DNA of 64,000 bases, taken from positions 58,342,001-58,406,000 of the forward strand of contig OX638153.1 of assembly GCA_951804945.1 (NCBI GenBank), in the 5' to 3' direction. Position numbers and translations under genes: made by a program. Shown here in pieces: positions 24,901-40,200 of the stretch. Under the pieces are notes generated by a model. It did not search any database, had not been told where the DNA came from, and was given only the letters and a program-made list of their open reading frames with translations. Within the stretch, counting starts at the first letter, position 1, and every line of letters begins with the position of its first letter. This stretch comes from Podarcis cretensis (Eukaryota).

Positions 24901-27900
24901 ATATTTGTATAGAATTCATTTTCATGTCCTGTCTGCCACAGAACAAGACTGTTACTGCAACTGATGTGCCTGGCATATAAGGATTCTTGTTTTGTTTCTT
25001 TACAAATGCTTCATTTAGTCATATGGTTGTGGAAGCTTTGAATCATGGTACACAACACTAGTTTCTGTCAGTTATATCAGCACTCAGCACTGCTGTGGAA
25101 CTATAGTCTCCTCTAACCTCTGAGAAGGTCTCTTTCCATGTATTGTTGAGGCACCAGGTAGCAGCACAAAGCCATCTCTGCAAAAGGTCCTCGTTGAACT
25201 TGCTGCCTTATCGATCAAGTAAAGCTTTAGAGTCTTTTGACCTTCAGAGAATCTGCTGGGTACTCACAACAAGATGTCTGACCTTGGGAGCAGCTCTTGA
25301 GAATGTAGAACGTTATTGATGTGTCTTGTGTACCTTGTTGTGCTAGGATACTGCTTAATATGATATTTTGAGTTGCAGAAGTGCAGGGGTTTTTGTGTTG
25401 GCTGTTTTATTGATTGCCATATTTCAATTTTAAAGCACATTTGTGTTAAATCTGGTCAGAAGGTTACACAGTTGTCTGCCCTTGGTATTGTGTGCAAATT
25501 CACATTCAGATTTGCAGGATGGCCTTTCCTAATGCCCGAACTGCAACATTTTCATTGTTCCTAATCTGCTGTACACATCAAGATGCCAATTAACTGTGTC
25601 AGGGCAGCAAGCTTTCTGCTGCTCCTGGAATTAGTCTAATAAATACTGCCTCTCAGCTGAAGCCTCTTTCTTTCCGTTTGAAAAGAAAATGCTATCTTAC
25701 TTTGCTGGAGCTGCACATCAATAAGCTGCAGTGTCCTAATAAAGCCACTCAGTGTCTAGGTTTNNNNNNNNNNNNNNNNNNNNNNNNNNNNNNNNNNNNN
25801 NNNNNNNNNNNNNNNNNNNNNNNNNNNNNNNNNNNNNNNNNNNNNNNNNNNNNNNNNNNNNNNNNNNNNNNNNNNNNNNNNNNNNNNNNNNNNNNNNNNN
25901 NNNNNNNNNNNNNNNNNNNNNNNNNNNGTCACATTAACTTCAACCGCATGGAAAAGATCAGGCGGAGCAAACGGGGATCCTGCCCAATCGGAACACTGAA
26001 ATTAATGAGAAGAGCATTGTTCTGTGATCAACCTTTTAATTAGCAAGACGGGAGACAGAGGGAGTGATGACGCCGGCAGCACAGCTGCGCAGTGACAGGC
26101 ATGCCTCCTGCAAAGGGGAAGGGAAAAGCACACGCTTTAAATTATCCTGCTCTCTGCTGCTTGCCCACCAGCAGCATAGCTTTGTTTTGAACCCTTTTCT
26201 CAGCTGTGCAAACAATGCCTGCGTTTATTAGAAAACTCTAAGCCACTCACTCCCCAGCATTCGTGTCTGCGACCACTCCTGTCGTGGGGAAAATGTGATT
26301 TTGAAAGTTTTAGTATATTTCACATTTGAACCAGAGAGGGGTCATTATTCGGTAGCAGCCTGGCCCATGTGCCCCTCTTGCTTTTCGGCAGCTGTCTCAT
26401 AATAAGTCTTTCCCGTTCAAAGGACTGACACACCGTTTGTTTGTGTCAAATGGGGTTGGCAATGAATTGTGGCACTATCCTGCTGTCTGAGTTGCTGTGC
26501 CTTTCCTCACTATGGCTGTGCTAAAGGGTGTCATAGAAATGTAGGCTGTGGGTGAAAAGTTCAGCCTTGCAAAGTGTGCAGAAGATGCGTTGAGGATTGA
26601 AGTTAAATAACTTCCTGTCCAGGTCCTCTTTTTGAGTGAGGTTTGAAGGAAGCAGAGAAGGCAAAGGACAATACTGAGAGGATGGCGTTGCGGAAGAGGA
26701 GAAAAGCACAGAAACGTTTAATACTCTTTTAAGAAATCAAACAACCAGCATTTTAACCAACATCTATAATTAAGCATTAAAGTGGTCCTCTTGTTGTCTC
26801 TTGTGTGCGCATGCACACACACAGAGCATTTATCCTCCCCCCACACACATAGTGTTGCTTTTCTGTATCTGCTAAACTTGCACGTTCTCTTTATGTGTTG
26901 GCCCAACAGCAGTACTTGGTGATTTTTCAAGCAACTGTGCTAATTGTGGACAATGAACTGAAACTTTATGCAACACAGTAAATGTGTGGTTGCCTCCTCT
27001 GGTTTGCACGCAACTTCTGTTTGATTTGTTGAGCATTGTGCGCTACCTGGAAGTACTGAGATTAAAGCAAAACAGGACCCTTCCTTCACAAAGTCCTTAA
27101 ATGCCAACCAGTTGTGTACTCAATTGGCCTAGTCTTAACTGCTCAAATGAAGCATTTGTCCTTGATGCAGGAGACCATTACTAAGTACTGTCTAAGAAAC
27201 TGACTGTCTTCAAAAGGTTAAAGGTATTAAGAATGCAAAGGTATTCCTAAGGTTGGAGACTTACAACAAACAAAGACTAGATTATTTTTCAAATGTTCCT
27301 TTATGAAGAGTTCTCCATAAAGGAAGTTTTCTAATACAGTATTTTTAAAGTTATTTTTGGTAAAACTAAAATAACAACCTATTTATCACTGTATTCTTTA
27401 GAAAGCAGTTTACCTGTGGGCTGTGACTAAATGAGAATTTTCGGTTCTCAGATAACTTTATTTTCAGGAAGCTATAGGCAAGGAGAATAAATGTTTGTTT
27501 GAACGCATTCACTCTTGACACATTGGTGCTGAAATTCTGTGGTGAATGTTATGAAACATGATTGGTGATACTGTTGATCCTGGGACTACTTATAGAAAAA
27601 TTCATGAGGAAACCACTCTTTAACATAAATAGAACTTGAAGCATACATTCTTTCCCCGCTCATATTTGGACTTTTTACTTCTCTTTTATCATTTGGCCCA
27701 GTTTGGTGCTTGAAAGCATTGCTCTTTATGGCATCCCATGTTTGGGACTGTGAAGAGTTACTGTTCTTTTCAAATGTTACTGTTCTTTTCAAATGCAAGT
27801 AATTTATTTTTGTTAGTGGGTATGTTGAGGCTGACGGATGCATTATGCAGCTTTCTGATCACCCATGGTTATTTCCATGCCAATTCTGTTTGGCTGATCC

Positions 27901-30900
27901 CTTCCCTACTCTTAGCTTGAAATGGAGAAGGAAATAATTGCTGTAGCTTTGTATTAAACAGCAGAAGACTATCAGTGTAAAATATTTAATGCAAGGTATT
28001 AACATTTCCCCCTGTTTTGTATCAATCTAGAAAATGTTATTTTGTTAGTTTCTAAAACACTTTTGTGAGAAAGTAATTCTAGTTTACATAGTCAGGTCAG
28101 AAAATACAAGGCTTCAGTTTAGGTGAAACCCCCCCCCCAACTGCCCCTGTATAATAACCTATAATTTAAAAAATTGGTTGCTATGGCTGTGTTTGCATAT
28201 AATGATATGCCAGTGACTCTGCTTATTGTGGTTTATTATGCAGTGTGGTAGTGCATGCTTTCCAATCACTCCCAATTTGTTCCTCTCCTGGTGCAAGTGA
28301 GATAAACCAGTACACCTTGTGTTTTCATTAAGTCTGAACCAGAGATTGTAGCTTGTTGCTCCCTAACAAGCCAGGATCCATAAGGCAACAACAAACCATA
28401 GCTGAAGGTTGGCTAACAACCATTACTTGTTAGGGAGCAGCAAACCACCATCCCTGTTTCCAACATAATGGGAAACGGGGAAACAAACCAGGAAGCCATT
28501 TGCTTTACAGCACTCCACAATCAGCCCAAAACTCCAGCTTAATGCTACGTGTGAAGGCAGCCACAAAAAGTGGCCACTAATCTGAACTAAACTGCATAGT
28601 AGATGCCAACATGTAATGAGCTGTTTATCTGAAGCAATTTCGCTAGCATAACATTCAATAAAAAATTTGCTAAACGGTGCATTTGTGCTCATATGATATA
28701 ACTAGGCGTCTCTCATACGTTCGGTCAATTATCTCACCTCACAGGTGCAGCCAGAGAGTGGCTATGAATCTGCTTCACAGCTTTGACAAATGAGCTCATT
28801 GTTTTTTGTTTTCTTAATTTTGGTTCATCTGTGATTCAAGTTTATCCTGGATTTTTAATTTTTCACGAGGTTGCCAAGATTTAAAGTCAGCCATATGAGT
28901 GCTGCGGTGGCAGATCTGCTTTTCCGTACAATTTGGGACCTCAAGACAGTTAACGACCATCAAATGTATGTTAGTCTATACTAAAATGTTAAGAACACAT
29001 GGTTCATGAATAAAGCAGCAAGAGAAAGTAACTTCCTTTATTTAAAAGTCCAACTTTGAAGATCATCTCCCCCCTCCCCATGTCACATCATCATGAACTA
29101 GTATTGTAGGGGCTGTGCGTCAGGGCTGCTTCACAACAGGCAATCTTGATAGCTTCCACATATAAGCACAACAGGGTGAGTTTAGCAGTTTCATTTCTTA
29201 ATTTCTTGCTTTTGTAGGTTTGAATCAGCCCCATAGTATGTTAATAAAGAGGAAGGAAGGAGTTCAATTTATACTGGTCATTAAGGATCCCTTGGTGCTT
29301 ATCGCAAGAGTGAGGTTATTAACCCTGATGTTCTTCTGGCCAAATTCAACTCGTGATGATTACATTCTGCGACCTAAATTACTTTTGTAGTTTTCACTAG
29401 AGAGATTGACTTTCGTGGTTTCTCCTGGAGAGAGTGACTTCTGCTTTTAAAAATGCTCTCTAACAAAGTGATTACACGTTCTGCCCCAGAAGTGGCGGCA
29501 CCTCAGTTGAAGTGGCATTGTTCTTGGCACAGCTTAGGTGCCTTTTTGAGGAATTCTGAGCCCTCTGTTTAATAAACAAATGACACTATGTATTGCTGAA
29601 GGTCATCTAAAATTTTCATTATAATACTAGAAAACAAATGTGCACTTAATTCAGTGCCACTCATTTAATATTTTACTTCACTGATCAAAATTTAACTACA
29701 TATTTTATCAATCTCTCTTTCTGAAAGAGAGAGCACCAGTAGAATTTAAAATATAATAAATTAATGCAGAGGAAAGTATCAAAAAGTAAAAGTCTTGCTT
29801 TAAAAGCATAGCATTCAAAATATGACAGAAACTGGCTATGCTGAACCTTAAACAAAAAGTGGTGAAGTGCAGGAAAGATTACCCAGCTGCCTTTTGCTAC
29901 CTTGAAAAAAATATTATTTCTAAACAGACAGTTCCATTTTTAGCCTACTTGAATAATTATTTTAAAGTATTTTATTATTGCAATTGGTACTTAAGGGAAC
30001 TGATATGTTTTCCTGTTGTTGCCTCGAAAAGTCAGTCTGGGTGGCTATATCATCATCATTACTATTGCCATTAGTAGTAGTAGTAGTAGTATTCACATTT
30101 ATATACTCTCCTTCTGTAGTTCTCAGGGTGGGTCACATGATACATTGCAGTTTCAGTTGTAGGTAATTGCTGCGATCATTAGTATAGGCTTTTTGTTATA
30201 CATAATTTCTTGCACTGTGTGGTGACCACTGCCCTTGATCTAGTTGATTTTTATATGGAAGTCATTATACCAAGAGCCAAACTCGATTAGACACCATTCA
30301 TACCATTAGCAATTGCATGAGTGGTTTTTAAAAGGTTAATAGCAGGCATAGAGAAAGGGTGATCCAGACTGAAACTCTAGAAAGGGTTTGCTCATTACTG
30401 CAGTCCCAATCCAGATTAGGTTTCTCCTGCAATGGGTCGGTGCATTAACCAGAAGGTTGGTAGCTTGAGCCCACCCAAGGATGGCTGTGGGCAAGATTTC
30501 TGCATTGCTGGGGGTTGGACTAGTTGACCCTCAAGTTTCCTTCCACCTTTATGATTCTATGACTTTTGCACTTCAGGGGAGGGGGGACTTTTATTGTTGT
30601 GAATAAAATGGAGGGGAAAACAATATATATTGGGACTACAGAAGATGGTAGATTATTAAACTACACATCCTTACAAGGACCCCTTTTCCAGATCCACCAA
30701 CTATTTTTTTTTTTTTAAAAAAAGACAGGTTCACAATTGCTAATTGTGCGAACAATTTCTTACTGGTTTGCCTAAAATGCAAGAATCTGCAATTTGTACC
30801 TAGAGAAGCCTCCATCTAAGACACTTTCCCTTCAAAAAACTGTGAGCTTGACTTTCTTTGTTCTTGACTTCACTTACTCAACGTGAGTATTGCTGTGAAA

Positions 30901-33900
30901 TGTCAAAACTGCAAGTTGCAGATAGTTTCAAAACATTTTCTGATTAGATAAAGTAACATTGTACTATTACACCACTTATTTCATGACTGTGAACATTGCA
31001 TGTGCCATGCAAACTCTAAACGATATTACAAATATTAACAAGACTATCATACAATGCAACACATCCTATTATATCAAGATATCAGAAGTTTGAAAGGTAA
31101 ATATAAATATTTTGAAACTTTCAAAATAAATAACATGAGCTGTGTGAGCATTTATACCTGGGGTGAGAAACCTGTAGCCCCCAGTCAGCATGGTGACTAC
31201 TTCCAGTGAAAAATTGTGTAACTCCTTTAGTTGTCAATAAAACTGAAATAATTCATTGCTATATAACTTCTCATTGTTTTATCAATTTCATATAGTACCA
31301 TACAGCCTAACTTTAATGAAAGAACATCTAGGGCATTGTCTTCAATTACTCTTGTCTCCACTTACTCAAATATTTTCCTGTATACCCAAGGCAACGTAGC
31401 CTCTCATGTCTGCCTTCATTATTTCTGGAAATGGCAGTCCAGTGTCTCGGCTAATTCTATGAGAATAGATTTGCATTTGGAAAGTTAAATATTCTTGTGT
31501 ATAGTTACTTCTTGTTGACCTAGGATCTTCCCATCACAGGGTAAAATAAAGCCCCCTTTGTCATTGCCAGCATCTTTGAAACTTAGTTAATGACTAAAAT
31601 ATTTCACTGTTAATTCTCCTGACCTCAGGATTCCTGTTGATTCCTCTGATTGCCTGTGTGCTTGGACTGAGCTCTCCTGTACAACATTAATTTAGAAGAT
31701 ATAAAAATGAAAAATATCTCAATTAGCAGTGACACCACAAAAAAGTTAGACTGTTAATTGAGTGAAGCTTGTAATTCCTTAGCAGAGCTGACTAGTAAAC
31801 CCTCCTTGTAATGCTTTGATAGTAGGTAATAAAAATGTTGTTTAATTAATGCCAGTGTGAGTTCTTTTTGAAGCTTTGGGTTTTACAAAACTGAGTAAAT
31901 CAAAGAACTGAACCAGAATGCTTCTCTGTGCTGTTAATTTAAGACTGTCACTTCCATTTGAAGTCATGATTTATATTCTTCAATATTGATTACTTGGGAT
32001 GCATCTGAATGCTGTGTTCAGAAAAAAAATGCAATTAAACCTCACAGTAAGTTAATGCATCCTAGCCTGTGATCTGGTTTTCTAAATTGTCTTGTATCTC
32101 AGGCAGAGTGTAGGGACTGGTTCACAAGGAACATTTGTAGAAAACCATACGGTAAAAAGGACCATATATGTTTAAAAGAAATGAATTGTGCTTTGTACCC
32201 TCCTCTAATACAAGAAACTGTGTATGTTTCTAAATAGGAGAAGGGAAAGAGGTCAATCTGTTAGCCCATCCAGCTCGGTATACCATTAAAGTATACTAAT
32301 AATGGTACTCCCAATTCCTGTTGAACCCTTAGGGCTCCTACAATGTAAAGTTTTTGGATACCCTTGGCGAGGGGTCAGGTAACCTGTGGTTGGAAGAAGA
32401 ACGGGCTGTAAAAAATCTTCAATGAATTTGTCTTGACCTTTCCATTTAAAAAATGTTTTTGTATTTATTATTTTATTTCATGAAATCTATACACCGCTTG
32501 ATTGCGAAAAGCCTCAAAGCAGTTTGCAGAGAGCAAAATAATCAGTAAACACTTAAACAACTCTTAAAAAAATTTAAATCAGCAATGAACTAAGAACAGA
32601 TTAAAACATTATGCATATCAACATTCTACATCTCTGAGTGGGCTCACCTAAACAAACATGTTTTTAACAGGCATCAAGAATAGTACAATGAAGGTGTCTG
32701 CCTGATGTCAACAGCCAGGGAATTGTTCCAAAGTGTAGGCACTGCCACACTCAGAGATTGATTTCTTGGAAATGCAGAACCAGTTGGTTGGTTGGTTGCT
32801 GGCAGTAAATTCCAAACATCCATGGCGGGTATATTAAAAAATATCCCTTTTTTGTTTCATATCTTTTACAAAACCAAAAAAACCCACACAATTGGGTACA
32901 CCAGCCTCCATGTATGCATTTTGTTCATGCAAAGAATGATTTCTACAACGAGGGATTGAAACAAGCTGGGTGGGTGGCAAGAGTATAGTGGCTTCTATTG
33001 GCTTCTGCATTGGCTTCATCTACCTGCTCTATGGACAAATGTGTACAGAGGCCTGCAATTTCATCTTCACATTCCATGTACTTGCCACTAAAACTCTCCT
33101 TTAAAGCAAACCAATAGAGGGTGAGATCTGCAGGGCAAGATGGTGTGGAATCATCTGAAGGGACAGGATGTTGCTTTTAGTTTAGTACCAAGTGCTGTGG
33201 AAGAAAGTTTTCATTGTCTCCACCCAGCACAATGTCTCCTGGAAGGCTTGGTTTTAGCTGCTGTTTTCAGTCACTTGTCTTCCTTCCTAGCAAGTCCTGA
33301 GAGGGGTGGAAAAAAGAAAAATGTAATTGTGGTTATCCTAACACAACCTATTGTACTTATCACTTTCTCTCTGTCTCCAGATGGCAGAAATATTAATCAT
33401 TAACTTCAAAAACTCAGCAAAGTTTGGAAATCCCCTGGTGGTTAAATATCGAACTTGCTGTGATAAGTAAGGTAACTTTACTAAAGTGCTGCCTCTCTAG
33501 GGCACTTCTCTGAACTCCAGGAATTTGTTAGCTGGTTTCATATTGGTATTGATTTTAAGGCAGCTGTCAGAATGTAGTGTGTCTATCAGGAAGAATCATG
33601 GAACTTCAGCAATGAAAAACACACGGTATGCCATTTGCTTTTAGAGTTCAGGTCTTAGTTGCTCAACAGTCTAGAAGATTGGCTGGCTTAGTTTAAATAA
33701 TGCGTTCCAGTATAACCTTATACAGGTTGCCATTTTGAGTTAAGGAGCTTGGAGCTATTAGTATTGGTTCTGTACATGACAAATGCCCGTGCTTCAACTT
33801 GACTAAGGAGTGGGAAAATACTTTATTATACGGTGCCATCAGTGAACATAACACTCTACAGAGATAAAGCACTGGAGAGGTCCCTGCTCTGATGATTTTA

Positions 33901-34236
33901 CAGTCAAGGATTACACATGAGGGAAATGTGGAGAAAGCAATGATAGGGAAAGAAGAGAATGGTCACATATCAAGATGGTGAGGAAAGCTGTACGTAAGTA
34001 ATAACAGGAAGGAGTTGGGGCAGGAAGAGTAACAGTTGAAGAAAGGCTTTGCAAAAAAAGCAACACAAACATTTAAAAGGCCCCATTGTTTGGGAATGTT
34101 AGAAGAAGAATGCTAACATTGTTTGATATATCTTTTTGGGATACCAGCTTTTGTTGGTTTAAAAAATGTGCAAGCATTCAAATATACAGAAATCTTCATT
34201 GCCAAATAACTAATTTTTGACAATTATTTCTAAACA

Positions 34237-34270
<34 letters not shown>

Positions 34271-37200
34271 TCTAGACAGGTTATTTTTGAACTTTTATAC
34301 CTGTAGATACTTTAGGTAGACAACTGCCTATTTAACTGTACTGAAGGTATAATGGAAGTATTTGTTTGCTTTGTCTCAGGCTAGAGAGACAAATTATATT
34401 ATAATTACAATTATAATAATTTTATTAATAATACTCTGAGGCATAGAATTTCTGTTGTTCAAAAGCTTGAATAACTTTTTGATATCACCTACTCTTTTCT
34501 TTACCTTTCCCCCTATGAATCTGCATAGCAGTAGCTCTTTTGCAATACTATCTTGGAAATCCTCGGATAATTCTTTTTTATTCTGAACTATCAATAGCCT
34601 GTTTAAGTTACCTTTTGTGTGGCATTGATGCTTTTCCAAGCCTGGCCTTTCTAAAGTACCCTATCTTTGGAACGACAAGGCAACAAGATTTGATCATTAG
34701 GCTTCTGGCTTTTGTTATATCACCACCAACAGTACCCTGCATTTACTTACCTGAACTTCAACAGAACTAGTGGGAATAGCCTCTTCATGTGGCAACAAAA
34801 AATAAAATAAAAGCAAATTAAAAATAAAAATAGAAGTGTAACGTTTCACAAGCAGCTGTAAATTGTAATTTTTTTGGTATATATAGTTCTCTGTTAAAGA
34901 AATTGGTAGAGGGAACACTAAAACTTTTCTAGAATAACAATTTTGTGGGTATTAAAAATTTTAATCAATGAACTTCCTTTTTAACATTTAATTTCAGTTC
35001 ACATTAAAATTGTAACTGCTCTTTAACTTCGAAAAGGCTGAACCGTTTGGAAGTTAATCAAATGCACAAAACTTCTGTTTTCTGCCTTTATAACTGACAG
35101 AGTAAAGCCAGAAATGATGATTAGAAAGTAGTTTGATCAAGGAGGGAAATTATGATATATCAAAGTAATGGTTTTAATGTATTTTTCAGAAGGCTAGATG
35201 ATCTAGTGGGTAACCAACTAGCTGGTTGTGTCCTTGCAAAACATTGTCAAGATGTCCTTGATCGAGGATGGACAACAAACTTCGCATGCATAATTGTTAT
35301 AACTGGTGTTTTAATTTTAGCATCTTTTGTATCTGGCAACTTATGTACATGTAAAAGCTGCTTCAGACTCAAATGTTTTTGTTACCATCTTTTGGACAGG
35401 TAATATATTTGTACTAGGAGGCATGAGTGAAGATTGTAGTTTTTCCCCCTAATACCAGTTCTTTTCTTTGTCCTACAAACCCAGCTGACACTCTTAAGGG
35501 TGCACAGCACTGTTCCAGGGTGTCTTAGTTGTGTTTGGGCTTGCTCTTCTGGTTTGTAGTAGATTAAAAGGGGATATGTCCTTCACTGCTGAGAAAGGTG
35601 CAAAATCTGAAAGCTGACTGACATGATCAGTTTTGTCTCCTTGCCCTTCTCCTCAAAGACCCACCTGTGAAGCATCCCCATGGAGGATGTCCTATGGCTG
35701 CTACTTTGCAGAAGCGAGGTTCTGCTTCTACAGTAATAGGAATTATCCTGAGAGAGGAAGAGATGGTGTCCATGGGGGCAGGGAATCTGGAGGCAGGATT
35801 GCATAGAGGTAATTTGACCATGTGAACCAACTTTGTAAACATCTAGGGCCTTACACCTCTAAGTCAAGTGTTCAGTTCTTTGTTGCCTCATTTCAGGCAG
35901 GTCACCTGAGTGTGTTCAAAAAGCCTTTCACTAAAAGCTTTATCTGTTTTTAAAGCATCATAGTTTCCAGATTTTAATCTCGTCATTTAAACTACCTAGG
36001 CTTCTCATGCCACGACCTCATGGTTCTCTTTTATCACCAGAAGCTGAACCCATTTTAGATCAACCTCTGTAGACAAACCTGAAGTTTAAAAGTTGGGAAA
36101 ACCTCTCTCTCTTTCTTTCCCAACCTCACGGAAATTTTATTTCAGTGATTTCACCAGCATTTAAAATCCAAATGGAAGACCTATATCAAAGGGAAGTTAT
36201 ACAATAAGAGTCACCAGATTCCAGACAATTAAACTTTATTAGTCTGTCTGAAGCATAAAGTAGTACCTCTTAAAAGAATAGTTTTTCATCTCCTCTCCCT
36301 GTTGCTGTTTACTGTTTAGCAGTGTGGGAGAGGCACAACTCTTTTCTTTCAGGAATGCATTTTCCTTAGTCACTGGAGAAATTCTCTAGTATTCTTGGAC
36401 TACATGTAGCCCACTGCAGGGTGCAACAAAAATTAGTCCCTAAATGTGGTGACTAAAAAGTCACCTGTTCCTCTTAAGCCAGTGATTAAGTACATGTGGC
36501 TCCAGAAACATTTTAAGTAGCTCATAGGTGTTTGCTAAAACTGCAAGAATTCTGACTTATTTCATAAAAAATAAGTGTTTCTTATCCTCCTGTATTTCCA
36601 GATAGAACTTTGATTCTGTTGTTGTAAAGGTTTAGAAGAAACAGGGCAAATAAACTTAAAATGCACTATTTAACTCTCAGCTTTCTTTACATACATAATG
36701 GAAGCAGGTGTTCTGATTTCACATATTCCTATCTACAGATTTAAGGTACGGTGGTACCTTGGGTTACATATGCTTCAGGTTACAGACTCCGCTAACCCAG
36801 AAATAGTACCTCAGGTTAAGAACTTTGCTTCAGGATGAGAACAGAAATCGTGCTCGGGCAACGCAGGAGCAGCAGGAGGCCCCATTAGCTAAAGTGGTGT
36901 TTCAGGTTAAGAACAGTTTCAGGTTAAAAATGGACCTCCAGAACGAATTAAGTACTTAACCTGAGGTACCACTGTATTGGAGAATAAATGGTGCTGAACC
37001 AAGGTGCTCATCTTTTCCTTGTGTGCTGAACTCATTGTAGTCACTTACTTTATACTGGAGTAAGATTCAAAGTTTGCCATCACAAAAAAAATTACATATA
37101 TGTAAAGTGAGTTTATTTTGAGAAATAATCTCCTGGCAATGTATTGGAGTTTTGCAAAAGCTGAAACTGTTGACAAAGAGGCTGAAGTAGTGGTGGGCAT

Positions 37201-40200
37201 AATACAAAGGATGCTGCCCCCTCCAAAAATAGGTTGAGGACTAGAAACTTGCTTTTTTGAATGAAAGCTAAAAGCTGCAAGAGGTCTAGCTCGTTATACC
37301 CATGCTGTCCCTATAGTTTACCAGAGTGGTTGCTCATTTCAGCATAATTTCACAAGCCTTTTGTTGAGATGCATCTTTTATCAAACTTCTTGCTGCATAA
37401 TTAGAAACCACATGTGGGCATGTAATAAATAAGTCTTTCAGTAGGGAGAGTGAGATTAACTTCAGTGCAACTTTTTGTATTTACTTTCTGAAATAAAATA
37501 GCAATGAGATCTTTAGCATCTTTTCACAGTGGTTGTTTTGACACTACCAGGTGATTTACTTCTAAGTTGCACTGGATATTTAGATGTTTCAGTGAGCTCA
37601 CAATGTGGAAAGGGTGATTCAGCACTGGTTGAGCAAGTCCTTCATCAATTAACCTCCTGGAATGAATTTGCACAAGCTGGGCTGGTAGAGGGAGGTAGAC
37701 TGAAAATGGTAGCTTGCAAACTGAGTTTCTGAAATAAAAGTAAATGGACTGAGTGGTTTGAAAAACTAGCTCTCTCACTTTGAGTCTGCCAGCTGACATG
37801 TTAGCAAGACAAATTCATTCAATAAACTCAAGAAATGTGAGTCCTTTTTTTGGCCTAAACATTCTAAAGTATGGGAGTGCCATCTTTAGGGAGCTGATAT
37901 TGTTCAGTCAGTAGTTTGCCCAGAGCAGAGTGCTAGTGGCTCTCAGACTCAGTCCCAGCAATCCTCCACAAGCCAGAAGTTAAATTTTCAGTCCTTCTTG
38001 GATATAACAGAAGAATCTGTACCTTCTTCAAAATTGCATTTAAAGAAAATCACTCTTAACAACAACCTTGGAGTTTAACAGATAAAAGAGTAGGGTAACA
38101 AAGACACTCGGTCGCTTAGAATGTGTTACACTTCCTGGAAAAAGTTTGTAAACAAGCAAACAAACAAACAAGATGCTATTGAGACCTATCCCAAAACATT
38201 ATATTGGGATACACTTGTTGTAATGAGACAGAGGCCAGCGGAGGGGGAGTTGGTATGACATATAAAAAATTGGTTCCCAACATGTCTCTATCTCTCTCCC
38301 TTGTTCTGAAAATCTGGTTTCTAGGATCCTATGCACCATCTCATACAGTAAGAAACAGCTCACAATGACAGGACAGGGGAACGTTGAGAGAGAGTGTGTT
38401 AATATTTTAAGTGCTCCTTAAAGTATGCCGTTTTATAATCTCTTAAAACTGAATTCATGGCTTAGTCATTGGGAAAGATCCAACAAAGATAAATCATGTT
38501 GTTTTCAAGAGAAATGTTTTAAGCACATTCTTTTCCCTCCTATTGAAACCAGTGGTGTTTAATTTTGGTGGGATCGTGTCCATTAAAGCTTCTCTTCTAT
38601 ATTTAAAAGAATAATATAGTTCCAAAATAAAGCATTGTAAAGATTATATGCTATTTTAGTATTGTTCAAATAATGAATATTTTGACTCCATCAACCAAGC
38701 AGCTCAAACACTTTACTATCACTGTGATGGAGAAATGCTACTGTGTCCAGAAACAGCCAGGCTAAGTGAAAGTTCTGGAAACGTAGTCTTCAAGTAAGTG
38801 ATCAAGTCCTTATCAGTATAGAGAGAACCAAACAGAAATCAATCCTGAATTTTACATCTGTCCCTTTAAGTCAGTATAAATTCTGTAGTGCAGAAAGCAT
38901 ATAGACTGCATGACCAAAGACTTTGGATTATGATCCTGGGTTTGCTTTAAAGCACTGATGAGCTGAGTTGCCATCTCATGATACCCTTAGAACTTAGTTT
39001 TCCAAACTGAGTTTTTAAAATGTGTATTTTAAGGGAAATAGCTTGGTTAATTTCAGATTCACACCAAATCTGCACCCCACTCTGCTGCCACGAAGTAAGT
39101 AGTGGGAAGAGGGAGAAGTTGGCCTTTTCTGGCTCTGATTACAATTCAAGCCTTCAAAAAATGGGGGAGGAGGCCATGGCCCTGTTGGGAATGCTGCTTG
39201 CTTTGGGAGTGCCAATTTCATAGTCCAAACAGGATCATTACAAAGTTCAGCAGTGTAATTAATATAAAGCTTCTACTTAGTTGTAAACAAACATGTTTTT
39301 ATTTGTTGTAGTAACCATTTTGTATGTGTCCCTTGTTGAGGAAATGTATGAATTGAAATCTGGAGACATAATTTAAATGTGTTCCACTCTGCAGATCCAT
39401 TCTGCAGATGAAAATAATGCAGGTTACGTAGTGTAGTAAGTATGCTGATACAGACTGGCACAATTTCCAGTAGTGTGTCCCCCCTTTATTGAATTGTATC
39501 AGATAAAATAAACATACTGCAATATAGGACACAAAGAAGAAGGGACAAAACCTGATTCCCTGCTATAGAAAAGCTTTCCCCTTTAGTTTCCAATACAGTT
39601 ATGTTCCAAAGGCCTTGCTAAAGAAATATGTTTTTAATTAACAAAGTCAATCATTTCATTTGGGAGCTTCACAGATTGGGGAGCCACAGACAGGAAGGCC
39701 CTGCTCTGTTTCATTGCCCTATGGGCCATCCCCATGGACAGCAACACAAGCTGGGACTCTCTAGTGTTCTTTACAGGCTGGCAGGTGTTGAGGAAGGCAT
39801 TCATTTCAGTACTGGGTCATCTAGAACTTGGTACATCATCAGCAATACATTGGATTGCACTTGGTGAATTTGCTCTTTCCCTTCTCACTGCCCCACATAA
39901 TAGCTGGACAGCAGTATCTTGCACTACCTGCGTTTTCTGGAGCCATCTTCAAGGGTAGCTCCATATAGTGTGCATTGCAATAGTCCAACCAAGAGCATGG
40001 ATTCTTGATACCAAGGTGTTCTAGTTCGGAATAATCATAACTGGTAAACATTGTAAACCAGAGTTTCCTTGTTGTAGTCAGTCACATTGTATCCTGTTGC
40101 TCTTTCCGGTCATTTCATTGCTAGATTATCTAATGTCGCACTCCCTGCAACCCTTTCAGTTGGGTTCCAAAGTCTTGCAGTGGGAGGGTGGCCTGATTCT

